From an uncultured Parvibaculum sp. (GTDB lineage Bacteria > Pseudomonadota > Alphaproteobacteria > Parvibaculales > Parvibaculaceae), in the NCBI GenBank assembly GCA_965140395.1, contig OZ223205.1:144197-208196 (forward strand): a DNA stretch of 64,000 bases. Direction: 5' to 3'. Shown here piece by piece: positions 1 through 8,876 of this stretch (its first letter is position 1; each line of letters starts with the position of its first letter). A model generated the notes under the pieces. It did no database searches. It worked only from the letters and a program-made list of their open reading frames with translations, and was not told the origin of the DNA. The translations under genes were made by a program, and so were the position numbers.

Positions 1-425
1 GGACGAAAGCGCTCGACGTGAATTTGCGCGGGCCCATGCTCTGTTGCCAGGCGGCAATGCCGAAAATGGAGCAAGGGTCCTCCATCGTCTTCATCTCCTC
101 GATTGCAGGCCTCGTCGCCGGCAGCCGCCTCCCCGCCTATGACGCCTCGAAAGCGGCCCTTGGCGGGCTGATGCGCCATGTCGGCCTCGAAGGCGCAAGA
201 CGCGGCATCCGCTCCAACATCGTCGCGCCGGGGCTGGTGGATACGCCGCTGGGGCGGCTCGCCACGCAAGGCCGCCCCTTGCGCGGGCGCACGCCGGTGC
301 CCTTCGGGCGGCAAGCAACGGGCTGGGAAATCGCCTATGCGGCGCTCTTCTTCATGTCGGATGAAAGCGTCTATGTGACGGGCCAGACGCTCGCCGTCGA
401 CAGCGGGCTGACGGGGATCAGCTAA
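1..425 (+). CDS. short-chain dehydrogenase/reductase (SDR), C-terminal part; 5' end lies outside the window
   Basis: Frame of ORF 18..425 stays open to the window edge. It has the SDR catalytic region SSIAG...YDASK (YxxxK) followed by NIVAPGLVDTP. Confidence 0.8.
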   Translation, partial: TKALDVNLRGPMLCCQAAMPKMEQGSSIVFISSIAGLVAGSRLPAYDASKAALGGLMRHVGLEGARRGIRSNIVAPGLVDTPLGRLATQGRPLRGRTPVPFGRQATGWEIAYAALFFMSDESVYVTGQTLAVDSGLTGIS

Positions 426-451
426 AAACGTAAAGCCAACGGGAGGACGCG

Positions 452-1426
452 ATGGGACTGGGTCTGGCGAAATATCAATACACCAAAGGACTTCACGATA
501 TCGGGAACGGCGCCTATGCCTGGTTGCAGCCGGATGGCGGCTGGGGCTGGTCCAATGCGGGGCTCATCACCGATAGCGGCGAGTCCCTGCTGGTCGATAC
601 GCTGTTCGACGTGCCGCTGACGAAGGAAATGCTCGACGCCATGAAGAAGGCCGAGCCCAAGGCGGCGGAGACCATCGGCATCGTCGTCAACACGCATCAC
701 AATGGCGACCATTGCAACGGCAATGAATGCTGCGCCAATGCCGAAATCATCGCGCACAAGCTCGCCGCCGAAGCGATGACACGCGAGCCGCCGCAATTGC
801 TGGTGGGCTTTCTGGAGATGGCCCCGCAGATGGGCGATCTCGGGAAATTCATCACGCAGTGCTTCGGCCCCTTCGACTTCAAGAGCGTGACGCAGACCCT
901 GCCGACCACCACCTTCGAGAAGGAACTGACGCGCAAGGTCGGCGACAAGGAAGTGCGCATCATGCATGTCGGCCCCGCGCATACGCCGGGCGATGCGCTG
1001 GTGCATGTGCCCGCCGACCGCACGGTCTATACGGGCGACATTCTTTTCATCGAAGGCCATCCCATCATGTGGGAAGGCCCGGTGGGGAACTGGATCGAGG
1101 CCTGCAACCGCATCATGGCGATGGATGTGGAAACGGTGGTGCCCGGCCACGGCCCCATCACCGACAAGAAGGGCGTGAAGGCGGTGCAGGATTATCTCGT
1201 CTATGTGCGCGACGAAGCGCGCAAACGCTACGATGCCGGGATGGACGCCTTCGAGGCCGCGCTCGACATCGATATGAGCGATTACGATAGCTGGGGCGAC
1301 GGCGAGCGCATCGCGGTGAATGTCGCCACGCTCTATAACGAGTTCAACGGCATCCACGAGGAACTCGACGCCGCGAAACTTTTCGGCCAGATGGCGGAAA
1401 TCGCAAAACGCAGGGGCCGCCTTTAG
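452..1426 (+). CDS. MBL-fold metallo-hydrolase
   Basis: 324-aa ORF with the metal-binding motif VVNTHHNGDH and a later VVPGHGP. A gggagga RBS lies just upstream of the ATG. Confidence 0.8.
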   Translation: MGLGLAKYQYTKGLHDIGNGAYAWLQPDGGWGWSNAGLITDSGESLLVDTLFDVPLTKEMLDAMKKAEPKAAETIGIVVNTHHNGDHCNGNECCANAEIIAHKLAAEAMTREPPQLLVGFLEMAPQMGDLGKFITQCFGPFDFKSVTQTLPTTTFEKELTRKVGDKEVRIMHVGPAHTPGDALVHVPADRTVYTGDILFIEGHPIMWEGPVGNWIEACNRIMAMDVETVVPGHGPITDKKGVKAVQDYLVYVRDEARKRYDAGMDAFEAALDIDMSDYDSWGDGERIAVNVATLYNEFNGIHEELDAAKLFGQMAEIAKRRGRL

Positions 1427-1524
1427 AAAATTGCCCCCTCACAACTCCGTGATCGCAACGGCCATGGACGCTTCGCCGAGAGGCCGGTATCGGTTGACGA
1501 AACGGAACCAAAGAGGAGACGGCC

Positions 1525-2490
1525 ATGGCCCAGTCAGACGCGAACAAGGCAGAAGCGAACAAGGCGGACGCGAACGCCATCATCCTGCATCAATATGACG
1601 TGTCGCCTTTTTCCGAAAAGGTGCGCGTCGCGCTCGGCATCAAGGGGCTCGACTGGTTCGCCTGCGACGAGCCCGTCATCATGCCGAAGCCGGAACTGAC
1701 CTCGCTCACCGGCGGCTATCGCAAGATCCCGGTGATGCAGATCGGCGCGGACATCTATTGCGACACGCAGATCATCCTGCGCGAGCTGGAAAAGCGCCAT
1801 CCCGCGCCGACGCTCTTTCCCGGCGAGGACAAGGGGCTCGGCTGGGGGCTTTCCATGTGGACCGACCGTATCCTCTTCCAGACCGCGGTGGCGGTGATCT
1901 TCGGCGGCGCGGGCGACGCGGTGGACGAAGCCTTCAAGAAGGACCGCGAGGCGCTGACGGGCCGTCCCTTCGACACCGATGCGATGAAAGCCGCCGTGCC
2001 GCTGATGAAGGAGCAGCTCCGCGCCCAGCTCGGCTGGATCGAGGAGCAGCTTGCCGACGGCCGCAACTTCCTGCTGGGCGACAAGCCCGGCCTCGCCGAT
2101 GCGAGCGGCTTCTACAATCTCGCCTTCATGCGCTGGATCCATCCGCAGGGCGCGGCGATGGTGGAGCACATGCCGAAGCTCGCCGCTTGGGAGGAGCGCG
2201 TGAAGGCCATCGGCCATGGCAACAGGCAGGAGATTTCGCGCGACGATGCGCTGGCCATCGCCAAGGCGTCGACAAGCGTGGAAAAGGAAGCAGCCGACCC
2301 GAACGAGCCCAATGGCTGGAAGCCGGGTGACCTCGTCAGCGTGACGCCGGACGATTACGGCCGCGACCCGGTGGTGGGCGTCGTCGTCTCATCCTCCGCG
2401 CAGCACATCGCCATCCATCGCGAGGACATGCCGGTGGGCGATGTCGTGGTGCATTTCCCTCGCGCGGGCTTTTTCGTGATGCCGGCGTAA
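1525..2490 (+). CDS. glutathione S-transferase family protein
   Basis: Thioredoxin-like GST N-domain (ILHQYDVSPFSEKVRVALGIKGLDW...KIPVMQIGADIYCDTQII) followed by a helical C-domain. An extra C-terminal ~80 aa is not recognised. Confidence 0.75.
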   Translation: MAQSDANKAEANKADANAIILHQYDVSPFSEKVRVALGIKGLDWFACDEPVIMPKPELTSLTGGYRKIPVMQIGADIYCDTQIILRELEKRHPAPTLFPGEDKGLGWGLSMWTDRILFQTAVAVIFGGAGDAVDEAFKKDREALTGRPFDTDAMKAAVPLMKEQLRAQLGWIEEQLADGRNFLLGDKPGLADASGFYNLAFMRWIHPQGAAMVEHMPKLAAWEERVKAIGHGNRQEISRDDALAIAKASTSVEKEAADPNEPNGWKPGDLVSVTPDDYGRDPVVGVVVSSSAQHIAIHREDMPVGDVVVHFPRAGFFVMPA

Positions 2491-2507
2491 GAGCCACACC
2501 CGAAAAC

Positions 2508-2591
2508 GTCATGCCCCGCTTCATGCGGGGCATCCACGTCTTGGCGATAAAGAAGAAAGACGTGGATGGCCCGGACAAGCCGGGCCATGAC
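2508..2591. repeat. family-1 triple-hairpin palindromic intergenic element, copy A
   Basis: GTCATGCCCCGCTTCATGCGGGGCATCCACGTCTT, then a 14-nt spacer, then AAGACGTGGATGGCCCGGACAAGCCGGGCCATGAC. It sits between the convergent GST and SDR genes. Confidence 0.9.
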
Positions 2592-2608
2592 GCCTTCCAA
2601 TTGACCCG

Positions 2609-3418
2609 TTACCGCGCCGTCATGCCGCCGTCGATGACGAGTTCCGACCCCGTCATGTAACGGCTCTCGTCGGAGGCGAGGAAGACGATGCCGTTGGCGA
2701 TGTCGGCGGGAATGCCTGCAAAGCCGAGCGGGGCGGCGAGTTCGCCGAGCGCGCCCGCGTCGATCGTGTTGGCGCCTTCGGGAATGAGATCGGACTGCAT
2801 CGCACTGACGCCACCGCCCTGCGGGATCTTGTTCCAGATGTCGGTGTCGATGATGCCGGGGTGAACGGAGTTCACACGCACATTCATCTTCTCCTGCGCG
2901 CACTCAAGCGCCACGGCCTTGGTGAAGAGACGCACCGCGCCCTTCGTGGCGCAATAGCCGGCAAGACCCGGCGCGCCCTGAAGACCCGCAACGGAGGAAA
3001 TGTTCACGACGGAGCCGCCGCCCGATTCCGCCATCAGCGGAATGCCGTGCTTCACGCCGAAGAAAACGCCATCGACATTGATGGCCATCTGGCGGCGCCA
3101 GTCTTCCACCGGCATGTCGAAAATGCGCGCGCCGACGCCGATGCCCGCATTGTTGACCAGGATGTGCAGCGCGCCGTGCTTTTCCTTCACCGCGGCGACG
3201 ATTTCCTGCCAGCGCGCCTCATCGGCCACGTCCTGCGGCAGAAAGCTCGCCTCGCCACCGGCCTTGCCGATGATGTCGACGGTTTCCGCACCGCCCTTCT
3301 CGTCCACATCCGTGACGACGACCTTGGCGCCTTCCGCCGCCAGCGCAACCGCCGCGGCACGACCGATGCCCGCCGCCGCGCCGGTGACCAGCGCGACCTT
3401 GCCTTGAACCCGTCCCAT
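2609..3418 (-). CDS. SDR family oxidoreductase (classical, 3-oxoacyl-ACP reductase/glucose dehydrogenase-like)
   Basis: TGAAAGIGRA Rossmann motif, NNAG, Ser...YCATK catalytic tetrad region, PGIIDT. I moved the start to ATG 3418, which is preceded by a caggaggat RBS. ORF-track start is 3499. Confidence 0.9.
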   Translation of the reverse strand: MGRVQGKVALVTGAAAGIGRAAAVALAAEGAKVVVTDVDEKGGAETVDIIGKAGGEASFLPQDVADEARWQEIVAAVKEKHGALHILVNNAGIGVGARIFDMPVEDWRRQMAINVDGVFFGVKHGIPLMAESGGGSVVNISSVAGLQGAPGLAGYCATKGAVRLFTKAVALECAQEKMNVRVNSVHPGIIDTDIWNKIPQGGGVSAMQSDLIPEGANTIDAGALGELAAPLGFAGIPADIANGIVFLASDESRYMTGSELVIDGGMTAR

Positions 3419-3618
3419 ATCATCCTCCTGATTTTCGCGACCCTGAATTTTCGCGTTTTGTTTGCTCCGGCCTTCTTGCGGGGCCGGATGCCGTGACACC
3501 GTTTATACGCTACGTGACGCAGCGACGACCACAGGCTTGCAGCAAAATGGACTGTAGTCTAGTTTTGTTCCGGCAAGGCGGGGCGATGACCGCTACCGGT
3601 TTGGAGGAATGACAAGCA

Positions 3619-4218
3619 ATGGCCGAAGCGGCGACAGCCCCCCGACCGGGCAAGAAGGAGCGCACGCGCCGCGAGATATATCGCATCGCGATGGAGTCCT
3701 TCGCAGAGCGCGGCTATGACGGCGTGACCATCGAGGATATCTGCGCGGGCGCCGGCATCGCCAAGGCGACCTTCTTCCTGCATTTCAAGAACAAGGCCGC
3801 GCTGCTCCTCGCCTTCAACGAGGAGATCACCAACGCGCTGGCCGACAAGCTGAGCGAAAATAACGACAGCACGGCGGAGGAGCAGCTCCGCTTCATGGCC
3901 GATGTCTTCGGCGAGGCCTATCACTCCAACGCACAGGTGATGCGCCGGCTCCTGACCGAATTCCTGGAGCAGCCCGCCAGCTACCGGATGGCCCGCCAAG
4001 CCAATGAAAGCCTGATCGCCCTCGTCGCCAATATCGTGCGGCAGGGACAGGAGAAGGGCGAGTTCCGGAAAGGCTTCTTGCCTGAGCTGGCCGCGCTCTC
4101 CATCGTGGCGACATGGAGCGCGCTCATCGCCTTCTGGCTTGAAAATCCCGAGATCGAAACCGAGAGCAGCGGCAAAGCCTTTCTCGATATCGCCATGAAC
4201 GGCCTCAAGGCCGCCTGA
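3619..4218 (+). CDS. TetR/AcrR family transcriptional regulator
   Basis: N-terminal TetR HTH (RTRREIYRIAMESFAERGYDGVTIEDICAGAGIAKATFFLHFKNK). 199 aa, upstream of the LLM oxidoreductase gene. Confidence 0.85.
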   Translation: MAEAATAPRPGKKERTRREIYRIAMESFAERGYDGVTIEDICAGAGIAKATFFLHFKNKAALLLAFNEEITNALADKLSENNDSTAEEQLRFMADVFGEAYHSNAQVMRRLLTEFLEQPASYRMARQANESLIALVANIVRQGQEKGEFRKGFLPELAALSIVATWSALIAFWLENPEIETESSGKAFLDIAMNGLKAA

Positions 4219-4294
4219 ACACCAAGGCAAACCAAACAAGAAACGACGAACACCGCTATCGAAAACAGACCAATATCCGAACAGGGAGGAAAAA

Positions 4295-5509
4295 ATGGTC
4301 GGACGTAAGATGAAATTCGGCGCCTTCATCGCGCCGTTTCACCCGCTGGACGAAAACCCGACGCTCGCACTCGAACGCGATCTGGAACTCGTGCAGCACA
4401 TGGACAATCTGGGCTATGACGAAGCCTGGATCGGCGAACATCATTCTGCCGGTTACGAGCTGATCGCAAGCCCCGAACTCTTCATCGCTACCGCGGCGGA
4501 ACGCACCCGCACCATCAAGCTCGGCACGGGCGTGTCTTCGCTGCCCTATCACCACCCGCTGATGCTGGCCGACCGCATCAACCAGCTCGACCACATCACG
4601 CGCGGCCGCGTGATGTTCGGCGCAGGGCCGGGCTCGCTGCCCTCCGACGCCTTCATGATGGGCATCGAAGTCGCCAAGCAGCGCGACATGATGGATGAGG
4701 CGCTGGAAGCGATCGTGCCGCTCCTGCGCGGCGAAACCGTCAACATGAAGACCGACTGGTTCGAGCTTCGCGATGCGCGCCTCCAGATGACGCCCTGGTC
4801 GCGCCCCAGTGTCGATATCGCCATTGCCAGCACCGTATCGCCCACCGGCGCGACGGCGGCGGGCCGCCACGGCGTGGGCCTCCTCTCCATCGGCGCGACC
4901 TCGCAGGGCGGCTTCAACGCGCTCGCCTCCAACTGGGGCATTGCCGAAAAGATCGCCAAGGAGAACGGCAATCAGGTGAGCCGCGACGACTGGCGCCTGG
5001 TCGGTCCGGTGCATGTCGCCGAGACGCGGGAGAAGGCACGCGAGAATGTGCGCTTCGGGCTTGAGAAATGGCTCTTCTATTTCCGTGAAGTGGCCGCCCT
5101 GCCGCTCGCACCCACCGACGGCTCCGATCCCGTGGATGCGCTGATCGAAAGTGGCATGGCCGTGATCGGCACGCCGGACGATTGCATCGCGCAGATCCAG
5201 CGCCTTCAGGAACAGTCCGGCGGCTTCGGCACCTTCCTGCAGATGGCGCATAACTGGGCCGATTTCGCCGAAACCAAGCGCTCCTACGAACTCATCGCAC
5301 GCTATGTGATGCCGCATTTCCAGGAGACGAACATCAATCGCGGCTTGTCGCTCGACTGGGCCCGCAAGAACCGCGAGGGCTTCATCGGCGAAGCGATGAT
5401 GGCCGTCGGCAGCCGCGTCGCCAAACACATCGAACAGCATGGCACGGACGACATTTCGCCGGAAATTCTCGAAGCCATGGGCATGAAGAAAACCGACGCC
5501 GCCGAGTAA
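4295..5509 (+). CDS. LLM-class (luciferase-like) flavin-dependent oxidoreductase
   Basis: MKFGAFIAPFHP...LGYDEAWIGEHHS and the overall TIM-barrel luciferase-like pattern. A GGAGG RBS precedes ATG 4295. An alternative start is at 4310. Confidence 0.85.
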   Translation: MVGRKMKFGAFIAPFHPLDENPTLALERDLELVQHMDNLGYDEAWIGEHHSAGYELIASPELFIATAAERTRTIKLGTGVSSLPYHHPLMLADRINQLDHITRGRVMFGAGPGSLPSDAFMMGIEVAKQRDMMDEALEAIVPLLRGETVNMKTDWFELRDARLQMTPWSRPSVDIAIASTVSPTGATAAGRHGVGLLSIGATSQGGFNALASNWGIAEKIAKENGNQVSRDDWRLVGPVHVAETREKARENVRFGLEKWLFYFREVAALPLAPTDGSDPVDALIESGMAVIGTPDDCIAQIQRLQEQSGGFGTFLQMAHNWADFAETKRSYELIARYVMPHFQETNINRGLSLDWARKNREGFIGEAMMAVGSRVAKHIEQHGTDDISPEILEAMGMKKTDAAE

Positions 5510-5531
5510 TTCCGGCGCCGGACAAACGAAA

Positions 5532-5562
5532 GGGCGGCTCCTCGGAGCCGCCCTTTTTGTTT
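5532..5562 (+). terminator. Rho-independent terminator after the LLM gene
   Basis: gggcggctc / gagccgccc stem with a 4-nt loop, followed by tttttgtttt. Confidence 0.75.
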
Positions 5563-5572
5563 TCCTTACTTC

Positions 5573-5657
5573 GTCATGCCCCGCTTCATGCGGGGCATCC
5601 ACGTCTTCTCTTTGGCGCTGCCAAGACGTGGATGGCCCGGACAAGCCGGGCCATGAC
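5573..5657. repeat. family-1 triple-hairpin palindromic element, copy B
   Basis: Arms are identical to copy A and the spacer (ctctttggcgctgcc) is different. It sits between the convergent LLM and acyl-CoA synthetase genes. Confidence 0.9.
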
Positions 5658-5668
5658 GGTTTAAAGGT

Positions 5669-7468
5669 TTAAACCCGCACTTCGCCCGCGCAGATGCGGT
5701 CATAGAGCGGCTTGTCGAGCAGAACGAATTTGTTCGCCTTCGGATCGTTGAAATAGACCGGCTCGGGGATGGCGTCCGGGTCGAAGCCCTGCTTCACCAG
5801 ATCCACCTTGCGGTGCTTGAAGGTGCCGGTGACTTCCATTTCCTGCTGCAGGCGGATGAAGAGCGGCTGGGCATAATCCGGCAACTGCTTTTCCAGATGC
5901 GCGTGGAACTTGTCGAGGTCGATGCCGTCCGACGACACGATCGAGGCCATGCCTGCCTTGCCGTCCGCACCGGGCACGGCGACGCCATAGACATTGGCTT
6001 CCTGAATGCCGGGATAAACCGACATGGCTTCCGCGACTTCCGACGTCGCGACATTCTCGCCCTTCCAGCGGAAGGTGTCGCCGATGCGGTCGACGAAATA
6101 GAAATAACCGAGCTTGTCCTGCTTCAGGAGATCGCCGGTGCGGAACCAGGCATCGCCCTTTTCGAACACGTCGCGCAGGATCTTCTTCTCGGTCTCTTCC
6201 TTCTTGGCATAGCCGTCGAAACGGCCCGTGGGACGCTCCGGATCGTCGATGATCTGGCCGAGCGCCTCGCCCGCTTCCATCGGCTCGGCGCGGACACAGA
6301 AACCGTCCGCCCCGCGCACGGGCTTTTCGTTCTCGATGTCGAACTTCACGATCTCGACATTGAACTTGCTCTTCGCCCAGCCCGGCACGCGGCCGATCGC
6401 GCCCACCGTGCCGTCGAAATTCATCAGCGCCACATTGCCTTCCGTCGCGCCGTAGAATTCCAGAACGCGGGGAATGCGGAAGCGGGTCTGGAACTCCTCC
6501 CAGATTTCCGGGCGCAGACCGTTACCCACGGCAAGACGCAGCTTGTGCTTGCGCTCGTTCTTGTTGGGCTCGGTGTTCAAGAGGTAGCGGCAGAGCTCGC
6601 CGATATACTGGAAGAGCGTCGCCTTGTACTGAACGCAATCGTCCCAGAAATGATGCGCGGAGAATTTGCGCTTCAGGATCACCGAACCGCCCACGGTGAG
6701 CGTGGTGCCCACCGCGCAGACGCCGCCCGCCGAATGATAGAGCGGCAGCACGACATACATGCGGTCCTTTTCGGTCGCATTCGCGCCCGCCGAGAAGGCG
6801 GCCATCATGCCATTAAGGCGCTGATGGGGAATCCGCGCGGCCTTGGGAAGCCCCGTCGTGCCCGAGGTATAGATGAAGAGCGCGTTTTCCTCGGTCGTCA
6901 GCCCCGCGCGGAAATCGTCCGGCAGCGGGCCGTCGCTGAAATTGTCGAGCGCGGCGTCGAGGTCTTCGCTGCCCTGCACCTTGCCGCCCGTCGCCCAGAC
7001 GGTCATCGGCGTTTCCATGCAATCGGTGCAGGTGAAATAGCCTTCGGCAAGCTCATTACCGAGAATGAGATGGTTCGCGCCGGAAATCTTCAGGCAATGG
7101 GCGAGCGCATTGGAGGTGAGATTGGTGTTGATGAGCGCCGCCGTCGCACCGGCCTTGATGATGCCGAGCCAGGCCATGAGATATTCGGCCCGGTTTTCCA
7201 TCATCAGCGCCACGACATCGCCCTGCCCCAGCCCCTGCGCCTTCACCCAGCGGGCATAGCGGTTGGCCACGCCATTGTAGTCGCGATAGGTGAAAGTCCG
7301 ATCGCCGCAATAGATGGCGATATTGTCCGGCTTTTCTTCTGCCAGCTTTTCCACGATGTCGGCGAAGGTGGTGGACTTGTCCTTGCCGAGATCGCCCATG
7401 CGCTTCAGCGTCCGGAGCGCCGCGCGCACGAAAATGATCTCATTGCGAATACGATTGAAAAGACCCAT
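5669..7468 (-). CDS. long-chain acyl-CoA synthetase (FATP / very-long-chain type AMP-binding enzyme)
   Basis: AMP-binding signature FIYTSGTTGLPKAA, plus YGATEGN, FRTGDL and GTFKHRK. I chose the start at ATG 7468 (MGLFNRIRNE). ORF-track start is 7510. Confidence 0.85.
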   Translation of the reverse strand: MGLFNRIRNEIIFVRAALRTLKRMGDLGKDKSTTFADIVEKLAEEKPDNIAIYCGDRTFTYRDYNGVANRYARWVKAQGLGQGDVVALMMENRAEYLMAWLGIIKAGATAALINTNLTSNALAHCLKISGANHLILGNELAEGYFTCTDCMETPMTVWATGGKVQGSEDLDAALDNFSDGPLPDDFRAGLTTEENALFIYTSGTTGLPKAARIPHQRLNGMMAAFSAGANATEKDRMYVVLPLYHSAGGVCAVGTTLTVGGSVILKRKFSAHHFWDDCVQYKATLFQYIGELCRYLLNTEPNKNERKHKLRLAVGNGLRPEIWEEFQTRFRIPRVLEFYGATEGNVALMNFDGTVGAIGRVPGWAKSKFNVEIVKFDIENEKPVRGADGFCVRAEPMEAGEALGQIIDDPERPTGRFDGYAKKEETEKKILRDVFEKGDAWFRTGDLLKQDKLGYFYFVDRIGDTFRWKGENVATSEVAEAMSVYPGIQEANVYGVAVPGADGKAGMASIVSSDGIDLDKFHAHLEKQLPDYAQPLFIRLQQEMEVTGTFKHRKVDLVKQGFDPDAIPEPVYFNDPKANKFVLLDKPLYDRICAGEVRV

Positions 7469-7675
7469 TCCCTGTTCCCTATTTGCGGCCATCCCCCTCC
7501 GATGAACCACTTTCTTGGCGTTTGACGAATGTTATGCCTGCCTGCTGACAAGGACGTCAAGGAAGCCCGGGAAACGCTGGGGAAAGGACGGGTAAAATGA
7601 GAGTAGCTGACGAGGTAACCACCCGGAGTATGACTGGGCGGGGCTCATGGTCCGTGGGACGGATCAGTGCTCCTA

Positions 7676-8047
7676 TCAACGATCTCTTTGAACCTTCAAA
7701 ACGATCTTAAAACTATTATCGCAAGGCATACCTTTATGACGTCCTTTTGGAGAACCCTCATGCCCCTCACAGCTAATGATATGTTCTCCTTCAGACCAGA
7801 AGTTGACTATGCTTTGTAAATTGAGGCCACCCTGCTGGCAGCAAGGATTCACGCATTTCAAATGGCTTGGCACGTCAATTTTGGAATAACGAACAGTCCT
7901 CTGACTTTCACTACTAGTATAATACCCCCATCTGTCCTGCGTGATAATTAAATCCAGCGACTTGATGCCCGGAAACGCCTCCCTCCTATCCGTCGTTGTT
8001 CCCAAAAAGGGGCGTCGGCTATTGACCAAGCGATTTCTCCAATTCAA
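7676..8047 (-). CDS. hypothetical Cys/His-rich small protein (orphan, AT-rich islet)
   Basis: 123-codon ORF opening with TTG and with no internal ATG until near the end. Cys/His cluster: HLKCVNPCCQQGG...ISCEGHEGSPKGRHKGMPC. No family recognised. Confidence 0.35.
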   Translation of the reverse strand: MNWRNRLVNSRRPFLGTTTDRREAFPGIKSLDLIITQDRWGYYTSSESQRTVRYSKIDVPSHLKCVNPCCQQGGLNLQSIVNFWSEGEHIISCEGHEGSPKGRHKGMPCDNSFKIVLKVQRDR

Positions 8048-8228
8048 CCAAAATAGAGTCAGCTTTTACATCACCAGAAGAGCCACTTTATACAGGCGCG
8101 CACGCGAATCGTACTTCTCAAGTAATATTGGCAAAGAAGGTCTGAGAAAGCGAATCTGGCGAATTGCGCCTCGCCTCTTCTATTCGCTGGCTACGGACCA
8201 AAACAAATATCTTTGAGGGGAAAGGGAA

Positions 8229-8876
8229 ATGCACTGGGAACGTATGAGCGCTGGTTTCGTAGCCATAGCTTCGGCAGCATGGGTTGGCGGAGCCGATTGG
8301 CATAGTGGCATTCCATACGGGGCTTCAATTGCCTTGCTCGGTTCATTTCTAACCTGGCTCGGACTTGAAGTATTTAGTTCTCAAAATACAGAAACATCTG
8401 CCAACACTCATAATAGCCGAGACGAAACAAAAATGCTGTCGCCTCATGATCACTCACTTGGCGTCAAGCTTCGTGATCTGTTTTCTTCAGAGACGAGAGC
8501 GTTTCTGAGAGATCACGATTTTGGGATTCCCTTTAGAGGAAAAGATGTTTCAGTCGTCGAGGAAATTGCCGACCGTTGGAAGGGAGTTGAGTACGAATTC
8601 GACAATCAATCTTTGAAAGACATATCTAGTGCGCTCACCTCGAAATGCAGAGAGATGGCAGAGAAAATTGGGATGTACTCGGGCGTCGCCGCAAATTATC
8701 CCGAAAATACTTATTCAGTTCCCACAGACAGAGAACGCGGCAGTGATATTTTTGACGATCACACTCGCCGACATGTAGCCGAATTAAACACACTCGCGAC
8801 TGAACTTCTGCATACCTACGAGGATTTTGAGCGGCAATTTAGACAATTAGCTCCGGATGCTTTTGGTATCCAGTAG
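8229..8876 (+). CDS. hypothetical membrane-anchored protein (orphan, AT-rich islet)
   Basis: 215 aa with two N-terminal hydrophobic helices (FVAIASAAWVGG, ASIALLGSFLTWLGLEVF) and then an acidic soluble domain. A gggaaagggaa purine tract precedes the ATG. No family recognised. Confidence 0.5.
   Translation: MHWERMSAGFVAIASAAWVGGADWHSGIPYGASIALLGSFLTWLGLEVFSSQNTETSANTHNSRDETKMLSPHDHSLGVKLRDLFSSETRAFLRDHDFGIPFRGKDVSVVEEIADRWKGVEYEFDNQSLKDISSALTSKCREMAEKIGMYSGVAANYPENTYSVPTDRERGSDIFDDHTRRHVAELNTLATELLHTYEDFERQFRQLAPDAFGIQ

Noticed and set aside
2336-2578. Small ORFs that read through the family-1 repeats (2336-2578, 12218-12433, 26795-27034, 31126-31377) and give conserved peptides such as KTWMPRMKRGMT
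   Set aside because: The conservation comes from the DNA palindrome, not from coding. The peptides appear in both orientations and in different frames, and they lack starts or RBS in a consistent position.
4256-5644. 462-aa minus-strand ORF covering the whole LLM oxidoreductase gene
   Set aside because: It is antisense to a gene with clear family motifs. Its composition is Arg/Ala/Gly/His-rich, as expected for a shadow frame in high-GC DNA. Its N-terminus is just the translation of the family-1 repeat.
5813-7525. 570-aa plus-strand ORF opposite the acyl-CoA synthetase gene. The same pattern occurs at 422-1357, 9038-10051, 10518-11600, 13254-14168, 16146-17219, 17254-18015, 20865-21605, 23020-23796 and 23889-24779.
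   Set aside because: These are shadow ORFs. Each overlaps a strongly supported gene on the other strand, has no recognisable motifs, and has a skewed R/A/G/H/P composition.
7941-8216. 91-aa plus-strand ORF inside AT-rich islet 1
   Set aside because: It overlaps the 5' part of the minus-strand ORF 7676-8047 and the divergent promoter region. Its sequence is basic and low-complexity, with no RBS. It remains possible that this ORF, and not 7676-8047, is the real gene.
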